A model generated the notes under the pieces. That model was given only the letters and a program-made list of their open reading frames with translations. It was not told the DNA's origin and did not search any database. This document shows, in pieces, positions 28,874 through 38,622 of a DNA stretch of 64,000 nt. Made by a program: the position numbers and the translations under genes. Source of the stretch: Myxococcota bacterium (GTDB taxonomy: Bacteria; Myxococcota_A; UBA796; CAJQPC01); the NCBI GenBank assembly GCA_036229005.1, contig JAZAMN010000043.1, positions 1 to 64,000 of the forward strand, given 5' to 3'. The stretch's first letter is position 1. Each line of letters starts with the position of its first letter.

Positions 28874-30187
28874 ATGTTGTTGCTCTGGACGCTGTTGGGC
28901 TGTGGGACCGAGACTCTGGAGCTGGAGTCTGGGGATTTGGTGCTGATGGGGGCGCGGCTGGCTGGCGAGTCCTCGCCCGTGGATGTGGTGGTGAGTGACG
29001 GGTACATCACCGCGATGCTGGAGCCTGGGACGGAGTTTGTTGGGGGAACCCAGGTCCTCGCAGAGGGACAAGTCCTCGCTCCAGGGCTGATCGACACCCA
29101 CGTCCACATCTGGGACGAAGGAGACCTGGTGCTCCACCCAGCCCGGGGCGTCACCACGGTGCGCAACCTCAGCGGCAGCGCGCTGCACCTGGACTGGCGA
29201 GAGCAGCTCCAGACAGGAGAGCGGCTGGGGCCCCGACTCCTGAGCAGCGGGCCCATCGTGGACGGCCCGGATGCCTACTGGCCCGGCAGCGCGATCGCGC
29301 GCGATGCGCAGGAAGGCGCCGAACGGGTTCGGGACCAACACGCGGCCGGATACGACCTGATCAAGGTCTACGACGCCCTTGAGCTGGAGACCTGGGAGGG
29401 CATCCTGGCCGAAGCCCAGAGGCTGGGGATGCCGGTCGCTGGCCACGTCCCTGACGCGGTCGGACACGAGGCCGTCGTCGCGAGCTCTCAGGCCTCCATC
29501 GAGCACCTGGACGACTTCCTGGCACACGTCAGCGGACACAGCCCCGGCCTGAGCTTCTCCCCCGATGCCGGACAAGCCGCGCTCGCCGACCTGGACGACG
29601 CGCGCGCAATGGAGCTCGCCCACGTCAGCGCGGGCGACGGCGTGTTCTACGTGCCCACGCTCTCGGTGATGTCCCAGTACGGCCAGGCCTCGAGCTGGGA
29701 CTTCGACGACCCGCGCCTGGCCGCCATCAACCCCCAGGTGGTCCAGAGCTGGCGCCAGACCCAGGGCTACATCAGCCCGGAGTCAGAGGCCTGGTTCGCC
29801 GACTACAGCGAGGCGCTGTGTGGCTTCGTAGCGACACTCGACGAAGCCGGCGCGTCGCTGGCCCTGGGGACCGACACCTACAACGCCTTCGTTCTGCCCG
29901 GCTGGGCCGTGCACGAAGAGATGCAGGCGATGGTCGACTGCGGGCTCCCCATCGAGCGCGTGCTCGCGCTGGCCACCCAGGACGCCGCCGCGCTGCTGGG
30001 GCAGTCCGGAGAGCTGGGTGTGCTGGCGGTCGGAGCCCGCGCCGACATCCTGATCCTGGACCAGGATCCCGTGCTGGACCTGCAGACCCTGGCGGAGCCC
30101 GCCGCGGTGGTGCTCGGTGGGCACTACCTGAGCGCGGAAGAGCTCGCAGAGGCCGTCCAACAGGTCGAGGCCGGCTACGCTCAGTGA
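28874..30187 (+). CDS. Amidohydrolase family lipoprotein
   Basis: PGLIDTHVH, GVTTVR, IKVY, GHVP, SIEH, GTD, GARADILIL; MLLLWTLLGC. Confidence 0.9.
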   Translation: MLLLWTLLGCGTETLELESGDLVLMGARLAGESSPVDVVVSDGYITAMLEPGTEFVGGTQVLAEGQVLAPGLIDTHVHIWDEGDLVLHPARGVTTVRNLSGSALHLDWREQLQTGERLGPRLLSSGPIVDGPDAYWPGSAIARDAQEGAERVRDQHAAGYDLIKVYDALELETWEGILAEAQRLGMPVAGHVPDAVGHEAVVASSQASIEHLDDFLAHVSGHSPGLSFSPDAGQAALADLDDARAMELAHVSAGDGVFYVPTLSVMSQYGQASSWDFDDPRLAAINPQVVQSWRQTQGYISPESEAWFADYSEALCGFVATLDEAGASLALGTDTYNAFVLPGWAVHEEMQAMVDCGLPIERVLALATQDAAALLGQSGELGVLAVGARADILILDQDPVLDLQTLAEPAAVVLGGHYLSAEELAEAVQQVEAGYAQ

Positions 30188-30224
30188 GCAGCCCGGCCCG
30201 AACTCCACACGCGCGCTCCGGGTC

Positions 30225-31313
30225 TCAACGCCGGCGCCGAAGCACCAACCCCAGCACCGCCAGCAGCCCCAGCGCGCTCAGCCCCCGGCCACCAGGAAGG
30301 CTGCTGCACCCGCCACCGCCGGCGTAGCCGACCCGGGCGCTCCCGCTCTCGCTGGACTCCAGGCCGCTGGTCTCGCCGACGGGGCCCATCCAGAACTCCG
30401 CGGGAGCGCTCCAGCCGCTCTCGGCGCCGCCGGCATCCACGGCCTGGGCGCGCCAGGAATAGGCACCCTCTTCCAGAGGCTCCTCGGGGGTCCAGGCGCT
30501 GCGGTCTTCGCCCTCCTGGATGTCGGTCGCGCTCAGGATGACCTCGCCGGTGGAGTCCAGCAGCTCGAAGTCGTAGCGCAACGCATCGGCCTCGGGGTCT
30601 GCCGAGTTGCTCAGCACAAGCACCGGCTGCTCCTCCAAGGAGACCCCCTCCTTGGGAGACACCAGGACGGGCACGCTGGGCGCGCTGTTGATGTCGCTAG
30701 CCAGGATCCAGACTTCGCTGGGCTCGGACAGGCGCAGGCCGTCGCTGGCCTGGGCGCGCAGGCGGTAGAGGTGGTCCTCCTCCAGGCTCAGCGCCCAGCC
30801 GCTGGTCCCCGGGCCGGCGGTCTGGAGCTCGGTCTGGTCCAAGAGCACGCCGGTCTCGCTGTAGAGGGCCAGGAGCTGCCACTCGCCGCGCTGCTCGGCG
30901 TCCACGCCGTGCTGGATCTGGACGCTGGCCTCAGTCCCCACGATCTCGCCGACCTCCCACACGGGCGCGCTGGGCGGGTCGTTGGTGGTGGTCATGAAGA
31001 AGCAGGCGGTGTCGCTGACCGCCTCCTCGACGCCGTCGGTGGCGACGCCGTACCAGCAGGTCCAGGTGTCCTCGGCCAGGGGCTCGACCAACTGGAGGCT
31101 GGCCCAGGTGCCGTCCAGAGTCGCCGGCCCATCCAGCAGGGGGACGCCGTCCAGGGTCTCCACGTGGACGTGGTAGGTCAGCGCCAAGCCCGCGACCTGG
31201 TCCAGGCGAAGCTCGGGGGTGGGGTCCGCGATGACCGCGCCGTCCACAGGCGCTGAGATTTCGGGGGCGTCAAAGGTAGCCGCCTGGGCGGCCAGGCTCA
31301 GCAGCAGGGTCAT
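30225..31313 (-). CDS. Secreted Ig/Fn3-like repeat protein with MYXO-CTERM sorting signal
   Basis: NxxPSxP repeats, YSWRAQAVD, C-terminus GGGGCSS...LGLLAVLGLVLRRRR; GGAGGA RBS. Confidence 0.85.
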   Translation of the reverse strand: MTLLLSLAAQAATFDAPEISAPVDGAVIADPTPELRLDQVAGLALTYHVHVETLDGVPLLDGPATLDGTWASLQLVEPLAEDTWTCWYGVATDGVEEAVSDTACFFMTTTNDPPSAPVWEVGEIVGTEASVQIQHGVDAEQRGEWQLLALYSETGVLLDQTELQTAGPGTSGWALSLEEDHLYRLRAQASDGLRLSEPSEVWILASDINSAPSVPVLVSPKEGVSLEEQPVLVLSNSADPEADALRYDFELLDSTGEVILSATDIQEGEDRSAWTPEEPLEEGAYSWRAQAVDAGGAESGWSAPAEFWMGPVGETSGLESSESGSARVGYAGGGGCSSLPGGRGLSALGLLAVLGLVLRRRR

Positions 31314-31395
31314 GTTTTCCTCCTGCTCTCAGCCTTGCCGCGGGGCCTCTGGGGTGCCACTGACAACTTTCTGACAGGTAGCAGTGCCCGCAGCC

Positions 31396-31681
31396 GCGCG
31401 AGTCCCCGCGAACGCAACACGGCGCTGCGCAAGTCCCCACGAACGCAACACGGCGCTGCGCAAGTCCCCACGAACGCAACACGGCACTGCGCAAGTCCCC
31501 GCGAGTGCAACACCTGGCGGCGCCAAGACCCCAGAACAGGGCCGGGCTGTTGCGTTCACCCCCACTTGCGCGGCGGCCCGTTGCGTTCACCCCGAGTTGC
31601 GCGGCGGCCCGTTGCGTTCACCCCAACTTGCGCAGCCGCCCGTTGCGTTCACCCGCACTTGCGCGGCCACCCGTTGCGTTT
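31396..31681. repeat. 31-bp-period inverted array, locus B (4 + 4 boxes plus a partial)
   Basis: GCGCAAGT-N5-CGAACGCAACA variants at 31396, 31427, 31458, 31489; YGTTGCGTTCA-N5-ACTTGCGC at 31548, 31579, 31610, 31641, partial 31672; 35-bp core. Confidence 0.93.
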
Positions 31682-31696
31682 CCCGCTGGCGCCCGC

Positions 31697-32242
31697 TCAG
31701 ACCGGCGCCAGCACCACGATCCCGTAGACCACCGCGTCCACCTGGCCGACGCTGCCGTAGCTGTGCGGAATGTCGCCCCGAAACACACACACGTCGCCGG
31801 CGTGGGCCACGAAGGCCTGGCCGCCCACCCGCAGGTCGACCACCCCGCGCTCGCAGTGCATGTACTCCCGCGTCCCGGGCAGGTGAGGCACCCCCCGAAT
31901 GCGACTCCCGGGCGGGATCTCCATGCGCGTGATCTCGGTGCCCGGGAGGTTGTCGGGCAGCAGGTTGCGCAGGGTCGCGCGGCCGCGGGGCTCGCTGGGG
32001 AGCTCCGCCGCGGTGTAGAGCCGGCCCAGCCCAGCCGGTGCCGAGAGCAGCTCGTCGATGCGCACCTGCAGGGCCCCCGCCAGTGCACCGAGCACCACCA
32101 GCGTGGGGTTCCCCGAGCCGGTCTCCAGGTTGGCCAGAGTGGACCGGGGCAGTCCCGCGCGCTGGGCAAGGCGGGCCTGGGTGAGCCCCGCGCGCTTGCG
32201 CAGAGTCTGCAGGTTCGCGGCCAGGTTCGAGGACAGCTCCAT
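31697..32242 (-). CDS. XRE-family HTH regulator with cupin domain
   Basis: LRKRAGLTQARLA...LANLETGSGNPTL; HLPGTREY, FRGDIPHSY. Confidence 0.92.
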   Translation of the reverse strand: MELSSNLAANLQTLRKRAGLTQARLAQRAGLPRSTLANLETGSGNPTLVVLGALAGALQVRIDELLSAPAGLGRLYTAAELPSEPRGRATLRNLLPDNLPGTEITRMEIPPGSRIRGVPHLPGTREYMHCERGVVDLRVGGQAFVAHAGDVCVFRGDIPHSYGSVGQVDAVVYGIVVLAPV

Positions 32243-32260
32243 GTCCCCACAATAGCCGGA

Positions 32261-32299
32261 TGTCCAATCAAAGGACAGAAGTGTCGGCGATAGCAACAC
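32261..32299. promoter_or_regulatory. Pair of imperfect palindromes, probable XRE operators
   Basis: TGTCC-N7-GGACA followed by GTGTCG-N7-CAACAC between the divergent regulator and VOC genes. Confidence 0.5.
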
Positions 32300-32338
32300 T
32301 CCGCGCAAGATTCAGAGGGCACCCAACAGGAGCCAACC

Positions 32339-32764
32339 ATGATCTCCCAGCTCGACCACCTGAACCTCAGCATCTCCAACTTTGACGAGACGGTCTCGTG
32401 GTACCGCCGCATCCTGGGGTTCACCCCCGTGGAATCCGGGGTCCAGTCGGGACAGCGCTGGTGCATCCTGCGCGCCGGCGAGGCCATGCTCTGCCTCTAC
32501 GACGCCCCCGACACCGTGGGCCGCAGCGGCGGCTTCAACCACCTTGCCCTGCGCATCCGGGACCGCGCCGCGCTCGAGCGCTCCCTGCGCGAGCACCAGG
32601 TCCCCATCAACCACGGGGGCCTCTGGCGCCATCCCCACAGCGACGCGTACTACCTGGTCGACCCCGCCGGGAACCACCTGGAGCTGGTGCTCTGGGACCA
32701 GGACCAGGTGAGCTTCGCGGACCGGCCGGACGGGCTGGCGCTCAGCTCGGGTTCGCGTCGATGA
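32339..32764 (+). CDS. VOC/glyoxalase family protein
   Basis: LDHLNL, WYRRILGF, FNHLAL, YLVDPAGNHLEL. Confidence 0.9.
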   Translation: MISQLDHLNLSISNFDETVSWYRRILGFTPVESGVQSGQRWCILRAGEAMLCLYDAPDTVGRSGGFNHLALRIRDRAALERSLREHQVPINHGGLWRHPHSDAYYLVDPAGNHLELVLWDQDQVSFADRPDGLALSSGSRR

Positions 32765-33068
32765 ACTGCGCGCAGTCGCCGGTGATGGCGGCGTCGCAGA
32801 TGCCGTCTCCCGTTTCGCCTGTGGGGTAGTCGCAGGTGTCGAAGTCCAGGCTGCCCTGGCTCACCCGGCACTGGGGGGTGTCGAACCCGGTGCTGCAGAT
32901 GAGCGCGACTTCGCCCTGGCAGTTGCCCTCGCAGGTGGTCTCGTTGGAGCCGTAGGACCAGTTGTCTGGGTTCTTGCACCCCAGGAGCTCCTGGGGGGCG
33001 GTGTCGTCCCCAGAGGGCTCGGTCTGGTCCTTGTCGCAGGCCCCCAGAGTCAACAACAGCAGCAACAT
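32742..33068 (-). CDS. Small Cys-rich lipoprotein
   Basis: MLLLLLTLGAC, AGGAGG RBS, 8 further Cys; 23-bp convergent overlap with VOC gene. Confidence 0.78.
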   Translation of the reverse strand: MLLLLLTLGACDKDQTEPSGDDTAPQELLGCKNPDNWSYGSNETTCEGNCQGEVALICSTGFDTPQCRVSQGSLDFDTCDYPTGETGDGICDAAITGDCAQFIDANPS

Positions 33069-33133
33069 CCGCCCTCCTCCTGTGCGTCAGCGCGCTGAGT
33101 CTATGGGAGGCAAAGCCCAGGGGCAACCTGCGC

Positions 33134-35464
33134 TCAGTCCAGGTAGCCCGCCGCCCGCAGCATCTCCTCCAGCTCCTCGGGCACCTCGCCGAGCGCGCTC
33201 CCGGGGGGCAGCAGGGTCCAGGCGGGCTCCACCCAGAGCTTGCTGCCCGGCTGCCCCAATCCCCGCAGCGGCGCGTCCTCCGAGAAGGTCCCGCTGCGCG
33301 TGTCGCTGCCCTTGCGCAGGCTCAGCTCCCCGGGCGCGAGCGCCGGGAGGGTCTGCACGTACCACTCGCGGGGGTAGCGCGCGCCCGAGGTGGCCAGGTG
33401 GATCTCCGCGCCCTGCACCTCGGGGGCGCCGCTGCGTCCGCCGATGGGGTCGTAGGCCGACCAGGCCTGCAGCTCCGTGCCCTCCCCGAACACCAGGCGG
33501 CTGTCCAGCGGGGCGCCCATGCGCTTGTTGTCGCTGGGCTTGCCGTGCACCCACCAGACCTGGGCGAGCTCGCGGTCAAAAGCAGCCGCAAAATCCGACT
33601 TCCAGGCATCGTTCACCTGGGCGTGCAGGACCTGGTCAGGGTCGCCAGGGAGGGGGTAGTGCCAGGCGGAGCCGTCGTGCAGCACCCGCTTGCTCTCGGC
33701 GTCCAGCACCCCCCAGGCGTCGCGGCCGTAGAGCGTGTAGCCGACGCCCACCACCCGCTCGCTGGGGGGCGCCAGCAGGTCTTGGCCCAGCATGTCCTCG
33801 CTGGTGGGGAGGTTCAGCAGGGTGCTCAGGGTGGGCGCCAGGTCCAAGAGGTTGGCCGCGCGGTGGTCCACGCCAGGGTCCACGCCGGGCCCCTTCAGGA
33901 TCAGCGGGACCCGCAGCAGCTCGTCGTGGAGGCTGTGGCCGTGCTCGACGCCGCCGTGCTCCCAGAACTCCTCGCCGTGGTCGGAGAAGACGGCCACCCA
34001 GCTCCGCTCGGGATCCAGCGCGTCCAGCACCTGGCCCAGCTCCTTGTCCACCCAGCGGATGTTCTGGTCGTAGCGGGCCTTGAGGTAGGCCTGGACCTCC
34101 GGGTCGGCGGCGGCGCGGGGCGAGAGCTTGCGCAGAGGGTCGCGGCCCAGGGGCACACCGTCCAGCTCGGGGGGCAGCTCGGGCTCCCAGAGGCCGCGCA
34201 CCTGGGGGGGCTCCTGGTAGGGCAGATGCGGGTCCATGAAGTGCACCAGCACGGCCAGATCGCGGTCGGGCCAGCGGCGGATGAGCTCGCGGGCGCGGTC
34301 GGACTGGGGGTCGGCGCCCGGCAGGAAGTCCAGCTCGTAGCCGGAGAAGCCCTCGCCGATCCCGAACGCGGGGGAGAGGAATGCGTTGCCCACCGCGGCG
34401 TGGGTGACGAACCCGGCCTGCCGCAGCCAGGGGCCCAGGTGCTGGGTGTTGTCCCAGTGCTCCGGCATGCGGCCGGAGAGCGCGGCACGGGCGGAGGGCA
34501 GCGTCCAGGGCGCCACCGAGCGGGCCTGGGTGTAGACGCGGGCGTCCTGGGACCACGCGCTCAGGTAGGGCGTGGTGTCGCGCGCGTAGCCGTAGACGCC
34601 CATGTGGTCGGGGCGCAGGGTGTCGATGAACGCCAGCACCACCCGGCGCGGCTTGCGGGAGGGCGTGTAGACCGCGGGCTCGCGGATCAGCAGCAGGTCG
34701 GCTTCTGGGTCGCCCTGGGGGTCGGAGAGGAAGTGGAGGGTGACGGACTCCCCGGCCCACCGCCTGAGCTTGATGCGCTCCACCCGCAACGGCTCTCCAG
34801 GGACGACCGCCAGCGAGGTGACCCGGGTGCGATCCCCGCCCGCCTCGACCTCGATGTGCAGGGTCGCGCCGTCGGAGCGCGCGTCGCCCCGGGGGGGCGC
34901 CAGCAGGCCCAGCTCCAGGCCCAGGATGCCCCGCTTGGGGACGCGCACCTGTACCGAGGCGCTGGCGGGGGCGGGCAGCAGCAGGCCGCGGTGCTGGAGG
35001 TCGCCGTCGGGCACCGCGTCGGTCATGTACGCGAAGGGGGAGAGCCCGGAGCTCTCCAGGTTCAGGCGCTGCTCGGAGGCGCTGCCCAGGCGGTCCAGCA
35101 GGGTGGTGCGCTCCGGGGTGACCTCGTCGGCGAGGCAGAGGATGAGCTGGCCCTTGTGCACCCGCCAGGTGTCGGGTTGGGGTTGGGCACTCCAGGTCAC
35201 CAACCGGCCTGCTCGCTTGAGCTTGATCCCCTTGGGCGCCCGACCGGAGGAGAAGTCCACGTGCAGCCGCGCGGGGTGGGGGCGGATCCACTCCTGGCAG
35301 TCGGCGTGGCGGGTGCCGGTCTGCCAATCGGCGATCGGCAGCTCGCCGGGCAGAGCGGCCATGCTGCGGGCGGGGAGATCCACCGTCCAGGCGGCCTCGG
35401 GGAGGGTCGCCAGGTTCACCGCGGGCTCGGTGGGGACGGCGCAGGCGAGCAGCAGGGGGAGCAT
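33134..35464 (-). CDS. Sulfatase-like hydrolase/transferase lipoprotein
   Basis: FIDTLRPDH, PWTLPS, DPHLPY, FSDHGEEF, EHGH, LRAAGYLD. Confidence 0.88.
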   Translation of the reverse strand: MLPLLLACAVPTEPAVNLATLPEAAWTVDLPARSMAALPGELPIADWQTGTRHADCQEWIRPHPARLHVDFSSGRAPKGIKLKRAGRLVTWSAQPQPDTWRVHKGQLILCLADEVTPERTTLLDRLGSASEQRLNLESSGLSPFAYMTDAVPDGDLQHRGLLLPAPASASVQVRVPKRGILGLELGLLAPPRGDARSDGATLHIEVEAGGDRTRVTSLAVVPGEPLRVERIKLRRWAGESVTLHFLSDPQGDPEADLLLIREPAVYTPSRKPRRVVLAFIDTLRPDHMGVYGYARDTTPYLSAWSQDARVYTQARSVAPWTLPSARAALSGRMPEHWDNTQHLGPWLRQAGFVTHAAVGNAFLSPAFGIGEGFSGYELDFLPGADPQSDRARELIRRWPDRDLAVLVHFMDPHLPYQEPPQVRGLWEPELPPELDGVPLGRDPLRKLSPRAAADPEVQAYLKARYDQNIRWVDKELGQVLDALDPERSWVAVFSDHGEEFWEHGGVEHGHSLHDELLRVPLILKGPGVDPGVDHRAANLLDLAPTLSTLLNLPTSEDMLGQDLLAPPSERVVGVGYTLYGRDAWGVLDAESKRVLHDGSAWHYPLPGDPDQVLHAQVNDAWKSDFAAAFDRELAQVWWVHGKPSDNKRMGAPLDSRLVFGEGTELQAWSAYDPIGGRSGAPEVQGAEIHLATSGARYPREWYVQTLPALAPGELSLRKGSDTRSGTFSEDAPLRGLGQPGSKLWVEPAWTLLPPGSALGEVPEELEEMLRAAGYLD

Positions 35465-35514
35465 TGGGCGGCTTTAGCGGCCCTGAGGGGCGGGCAGCAA
35501 GTTAGGACGGCGGC

Positions 35515-36513
35515 ATGAAGGGCTTGTTGCTGTTGAATCTGGGCACCCCCGATGCCCCCGAGACCCCCGCCGTCCGGCGCTACCTGCGCGAGTTCCTGAT
35601 GGACGGGCGGGTGCTGGACATCAACCCCGTGGGGCGCTGGCTGCTGGTCAACGGCATCATCGCGCCCTTCCGCTCCCCCAAGAGCGCGGCCGCCTACAAG
35701 ACGGTGTGGATGCCCGAGGGCAGCCCGCTGCTGGTGTATGGCGAGGCCCTCAAGGAGGGCGTGCAGGCGGCGCTGGGCCAGGGCTGGAAGGTCGCGCTGG
35801 GCATGCGCTACGGCCGCCCCGGGACCCTCGCGGCGCTGCAGGAGCTGGCCGGGTGCGAGGAGATCGTGGTCCTGCCGCTCTACCCGCAGTTCGCGAGCTC
35901 CAGCAGCTCGTCGAGCCTGGAGCACGTCATGAAGCTGGCGGCCGAGATGCCGGTGCCGCCGCCGCTGCGGGTGGTGCAGGACTTCTACGCGCAGCCCTTC
36001 TTCATCCAGGCCCAGGCCGAGCTGGCGCGGGAGGCCGTCCAGGGCGCCGATCACGTGCTGTTCAGCTACCACGGCGTGCCTGAGCGCCAGGTGCAGTACA
36101 CCGACCCCACCGGCAGCCACTGCAAGTTCAATGGCTGCTGCGACGCCATCGGCCCGAACAATCGGCACTGCTACCGGGCCCAGTGCTTTGCCACCACGCG
36201 TGCGCTGATCGCGGCGTTGGACCTGGATCCTGAGCGCTGCTCCACCTCCTTCCAGTCGCGCCTGGGCCGCATCCCCTGGATCCGCCCCTACACCGACGAG
36301 GTGCTGGTCGAGCTGGGCCAGCAGGGCATCGGGACCCTGGCCGTGCTCACGCCCAGCTTCGTCTCCGACTGCCTTGAGACCATCGAGGAGATCGGCGATC
36401 GCGGCGTCGAGGAGTTCACCGGCGCCGGCGGGACCGAGCTGCGGCGGGTGCCCTGCGTGAACGCCACGGAGCCCTTTGTGCAGGGGCTGTCGGAGTTCGT
36501 GCGCGGGCTCTGA
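35515..36513 (+). CDS. hemH: Ferrochelatase with Cys-rich insertion (probable [2Fe-2S] class)
   Basis: LLNLGTP, LPLYPQF, FSYHGVP, FQSRLG, FVSDCLETIEEI; HCKFNGCC...HCY insertion. Confidence 0.95.
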   Translation: MKGLLLLNLGTPDAPETPAVRRYLREFLMDGRVLDINPVGRWLLVNGIIAPFRSPKSAAAYKTVWMPEGSPLLVYGEALKEGVQAALGQGWKVALGMRYGRPGTLAALQELAGCEEIVVLPLYPQFASSSSSSSLEHVMKLAAEMPVPPPLRVVQDFYAQPFFIQAQAELAREAVQGADHVLFSYHGVPERQVQYTDPTGSHCKFNGCCDAIGPNNRHCYRAQCFATTRALIAALDLDPERCSTSFQSRLGRIPWIRPYTDEVLVELGQQGIGTLAVLTPSFVSDCLETIEEIGDRGVEEFTGAGGTELRRVPCVNATEPFVQGLSEFVRGL

Positions 36514-36557
36514 GGGCTCGGGGGGCACGCAAAGAGCGCGTCAAGCGGGGATTGCGC

Positions 36558-36583
36558 GGAACCGGGGGGCCCCGGGGTGGTCC
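36558..36583 (+). promoter_or_regulatory. Possible ECF-type promoter
   Basis: GGAACC-N16-GTCC upstream of the ExbD-like gene. Confidence 0.3.
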
Positions 36584-36609
36584 CAACCGAGCACCCACAG
36601 GAGTGCCCG

Positions 36610-37125
36610 ATGCCGCGCCGAGCTGCCGTTGAAGAGCGGAACCTGGACCTGGTCCCCATCATGAACCTGGTCTCCATCCTGATCCCCTTCCTGCTCCTGG
36701 GGGTCAGCTACGTGGAGTACGCGGTCGTGGAGACGGAGCTGCCGGCGATCTGTGGGGTGGGGTGCGGGGACACGCAGGTGCCCGAGAAACCCGACCTCAA
36801 CATCTTCCTCCATGTGCAGTCGGACGGGGTGCTGATCAAGGGCGCCGACGAGGTGCTCGGGACCGAGCGCGAAGGCGGTGGCGTCTTTGTGCCCTGCACG
36901 ACGGAGCGCTGCGTGGTCGACGACAGCTACGACTACCAGGAGATCACGCGCCTGCTCACCCTGGTCAAGGAGGACTACCCGCACATCGAGGACCTGGTGC
37001 TGGTCCCGGAGAACCGGGTGCCCTACAAGAGCATGATCGGCGTGATGGACGCCGCCCGCGACAACCCCGAGAACGGCGGCATGCGGCTCTTCCCCTACCA
37101 GACCGTGGCCGGCGGCTCCAAGTAG
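36610..37125 (+). CDS. ExbD/TolR family protein
   Basis: LDLVPIMNLVSILIPFLLL TM segment; VPYKSMIGVMDAAR; AGGAG RBS. Confidence 0.85.
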   Translation: MPRRAAVEERNLDLVPIMNLVSILIPFLLLGVSYVEYAVVETELPAICGVGCGDTQVPEKPDLNIFLHVQSDGVLIKGADEVLGTEREGGGVFVPCTTERCVVDDSYDYQEITRLLTLVKEDYPHIEDLVLVPENRVPYKSMIGVMDAARDNPENGGMRLFPYQTVAGGSK

Positions 37126-37211
37126 CGGGGATCCGGGGGACGCGCCCGCTGGGATGCTGTGTGCCACCGAGCGCGCCTTGTGCGCCGGGAGGCCGTGGCT
37201 AAGGCCTGCAG

Positions 37212-38582
37212 ATGAACAAGCAGGACCTCACCCGCGGTCCGATCCCCGCTCACCTGCTGCGGCTGGTGGGGCCCATGGGCTTCGGCATCTTCGCCATCAT
37301 GGCCTTCAACCTGGTGGACACCTGGTTCGTCTCCAAGCTGGGCACCCAGGGGCTGGCGGCGATGACGCTCACCTTCCCGGTGGTCATGGTGGTGGGCTCG
37401 GTGTCCATGGGCCTGGGCGTCGGGGCCACCAGCGTGTTGAGTCGGGCGATTGGAGCGGGCCTGCGGGAGGAGGTACAGCGGCTCACAACACACACCCTGC
37501 TCCTGGGGGTGGCCCTGGTCACGGCCGTCAGCATCGCAGGGTGGATCCTGGTGGAGCCCATGCTCGCGGCGCTCGGTGGCGAAGGCGAGGTGCTGTCGCT
37601 CGCGGCTGGCTACCTGCGCATCTGGTTCGCCGGCGCGGGGGCCATCGTCGTCCCGATGCTGGGCATGTCGGCGATCCGCGCCGCCGGGGACACGCGCACC
37701 CCGGCCGTGGTGATGACGGCGGCCGGGGTGGCCAACGGGGTGCTGGACCCGCTGTTCATCTTTGGCTGGGGACCCATCCCCGCCATGGGGCTGGAGGGCG
37801 CGGCCATCGCGACCCTGGCCTCCCGGGCGATCACTCTGGTGGTGGCCCTCTGGGTGCTGCACTACCGCGAGCACCTGCTGCGCTTCTCCTGGCAGGAGCT
37901 GCGCTTGATCCCGGACTCCTGGGGCCGCGTCCTCAAGATCGGCGGCCCGGCGGCCTTCACCAACCTGGCCCAGCCGCTGACCATCGGCTTCCTGACGGGG
38001 CTCGCAGCGGGCTTCGGGGAGCCCGCCGTCGCGGCCTTCGGCGCGGGCGGCCGCGTGGAGATGTTCGCGCTGATCCCCGCCATGGCGGTGGGCATCGGGC
38101 TGGCGCCCTTCGTGGGGCAGAACCACGGCGCCGGCCACCACGGGCGCGTGGCCCAGGCGATGACCCTGAGCGTGGGGGCCACGGTGGGCCTGGGCCTGCT
38201 CTCCTTCGCGACGCTGGCGCTGTTCCGACACCCACTCGCGGCCGGCTTCTCGGACGACCCGCAGGTGCTGCCGCTGTTGGTTCGCTACCTGTGGATCCTG
38301 CCCATCTCGCACGTGCTGGTGGGCGCCTTCTTTGTGGCCAGCAACACCCTGAACGCCATGGGCAGGCCGCTGCCAGCGACCGCGCTCACGCTGCTGCGCA
38401 CCCCCGTGCTGCTGGGCGGCGGTGCGTGGCTGGGGGCGACCTTTGGCGGGGGACTGACCGGCTTCTTCTGGGGGACCTGCCTGGGCCTGCTGGCCAGCGG
38501 TCTGCTTGGGCTCGGGGCCGCGCTGATCCTGCGCCGGGAGCTGGGGGCGGAGCACGCCGCACCGCGCCCTGAGACCGCCTGA
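37212..38582 (+). CDS. MATE family efflux transporter
   Basis: NLVDTWFVSKLG, RAAGDTRTP, NGVLDPLFIFG, GQNHGAG; about 12 TM helices. Confidence 0.94.
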   Translation: MNKQDLTRGPIPAHLLRLVGPMGFGIFAIMAFNLVDTWFVSKLGTQGLAAMTLTFPVVMVVGSVSMGLGVGATSVLSRAIGAGLREEVQRLTTHTLLLGVALVTAVSIAGWILVEPMLAALGGEGEVLSLAAGYLRIWFAGAGAIVVPMLGMSAIRAAGDTRTPAVVMTAAGVANGVLDPLFIFGWGPIPAMGLEGAAIATLASRAITLVVALWVLHYREHLLRFSWQELRLIPDSWGRVLKIGGPAAFTNLAQPLTIGFLTGLAAGFGEPAVAAFGAGGRVEMFALIPAMAVGIGLAPFVGQNHGAGHHGRVAQAMTLSVGATVGLGLLSFATLALFRHPLAAGFSDDPQVLPLLVRYLWILPISHVLVGAFFVASNTLNAMGRPLPATALTLLRTPVLLGGGAWLGATFGGGLTGFFWGTCLGLLASGLLGLGAALILRRELGAEHAAPRPETA

Positions 38583-38622
38583 GCCGCCGGCTCCGGAGCG
38601 GAGCTGGGGACGCGCCCTGGGC

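Noticed and set aside
36115..36190. Cys-rich insertion in ferrochelatase as a novelty
   Set aside because: Matches the already described insertion-type [2Fe-2S] ferrochelatase class known from myxobacteria and others.
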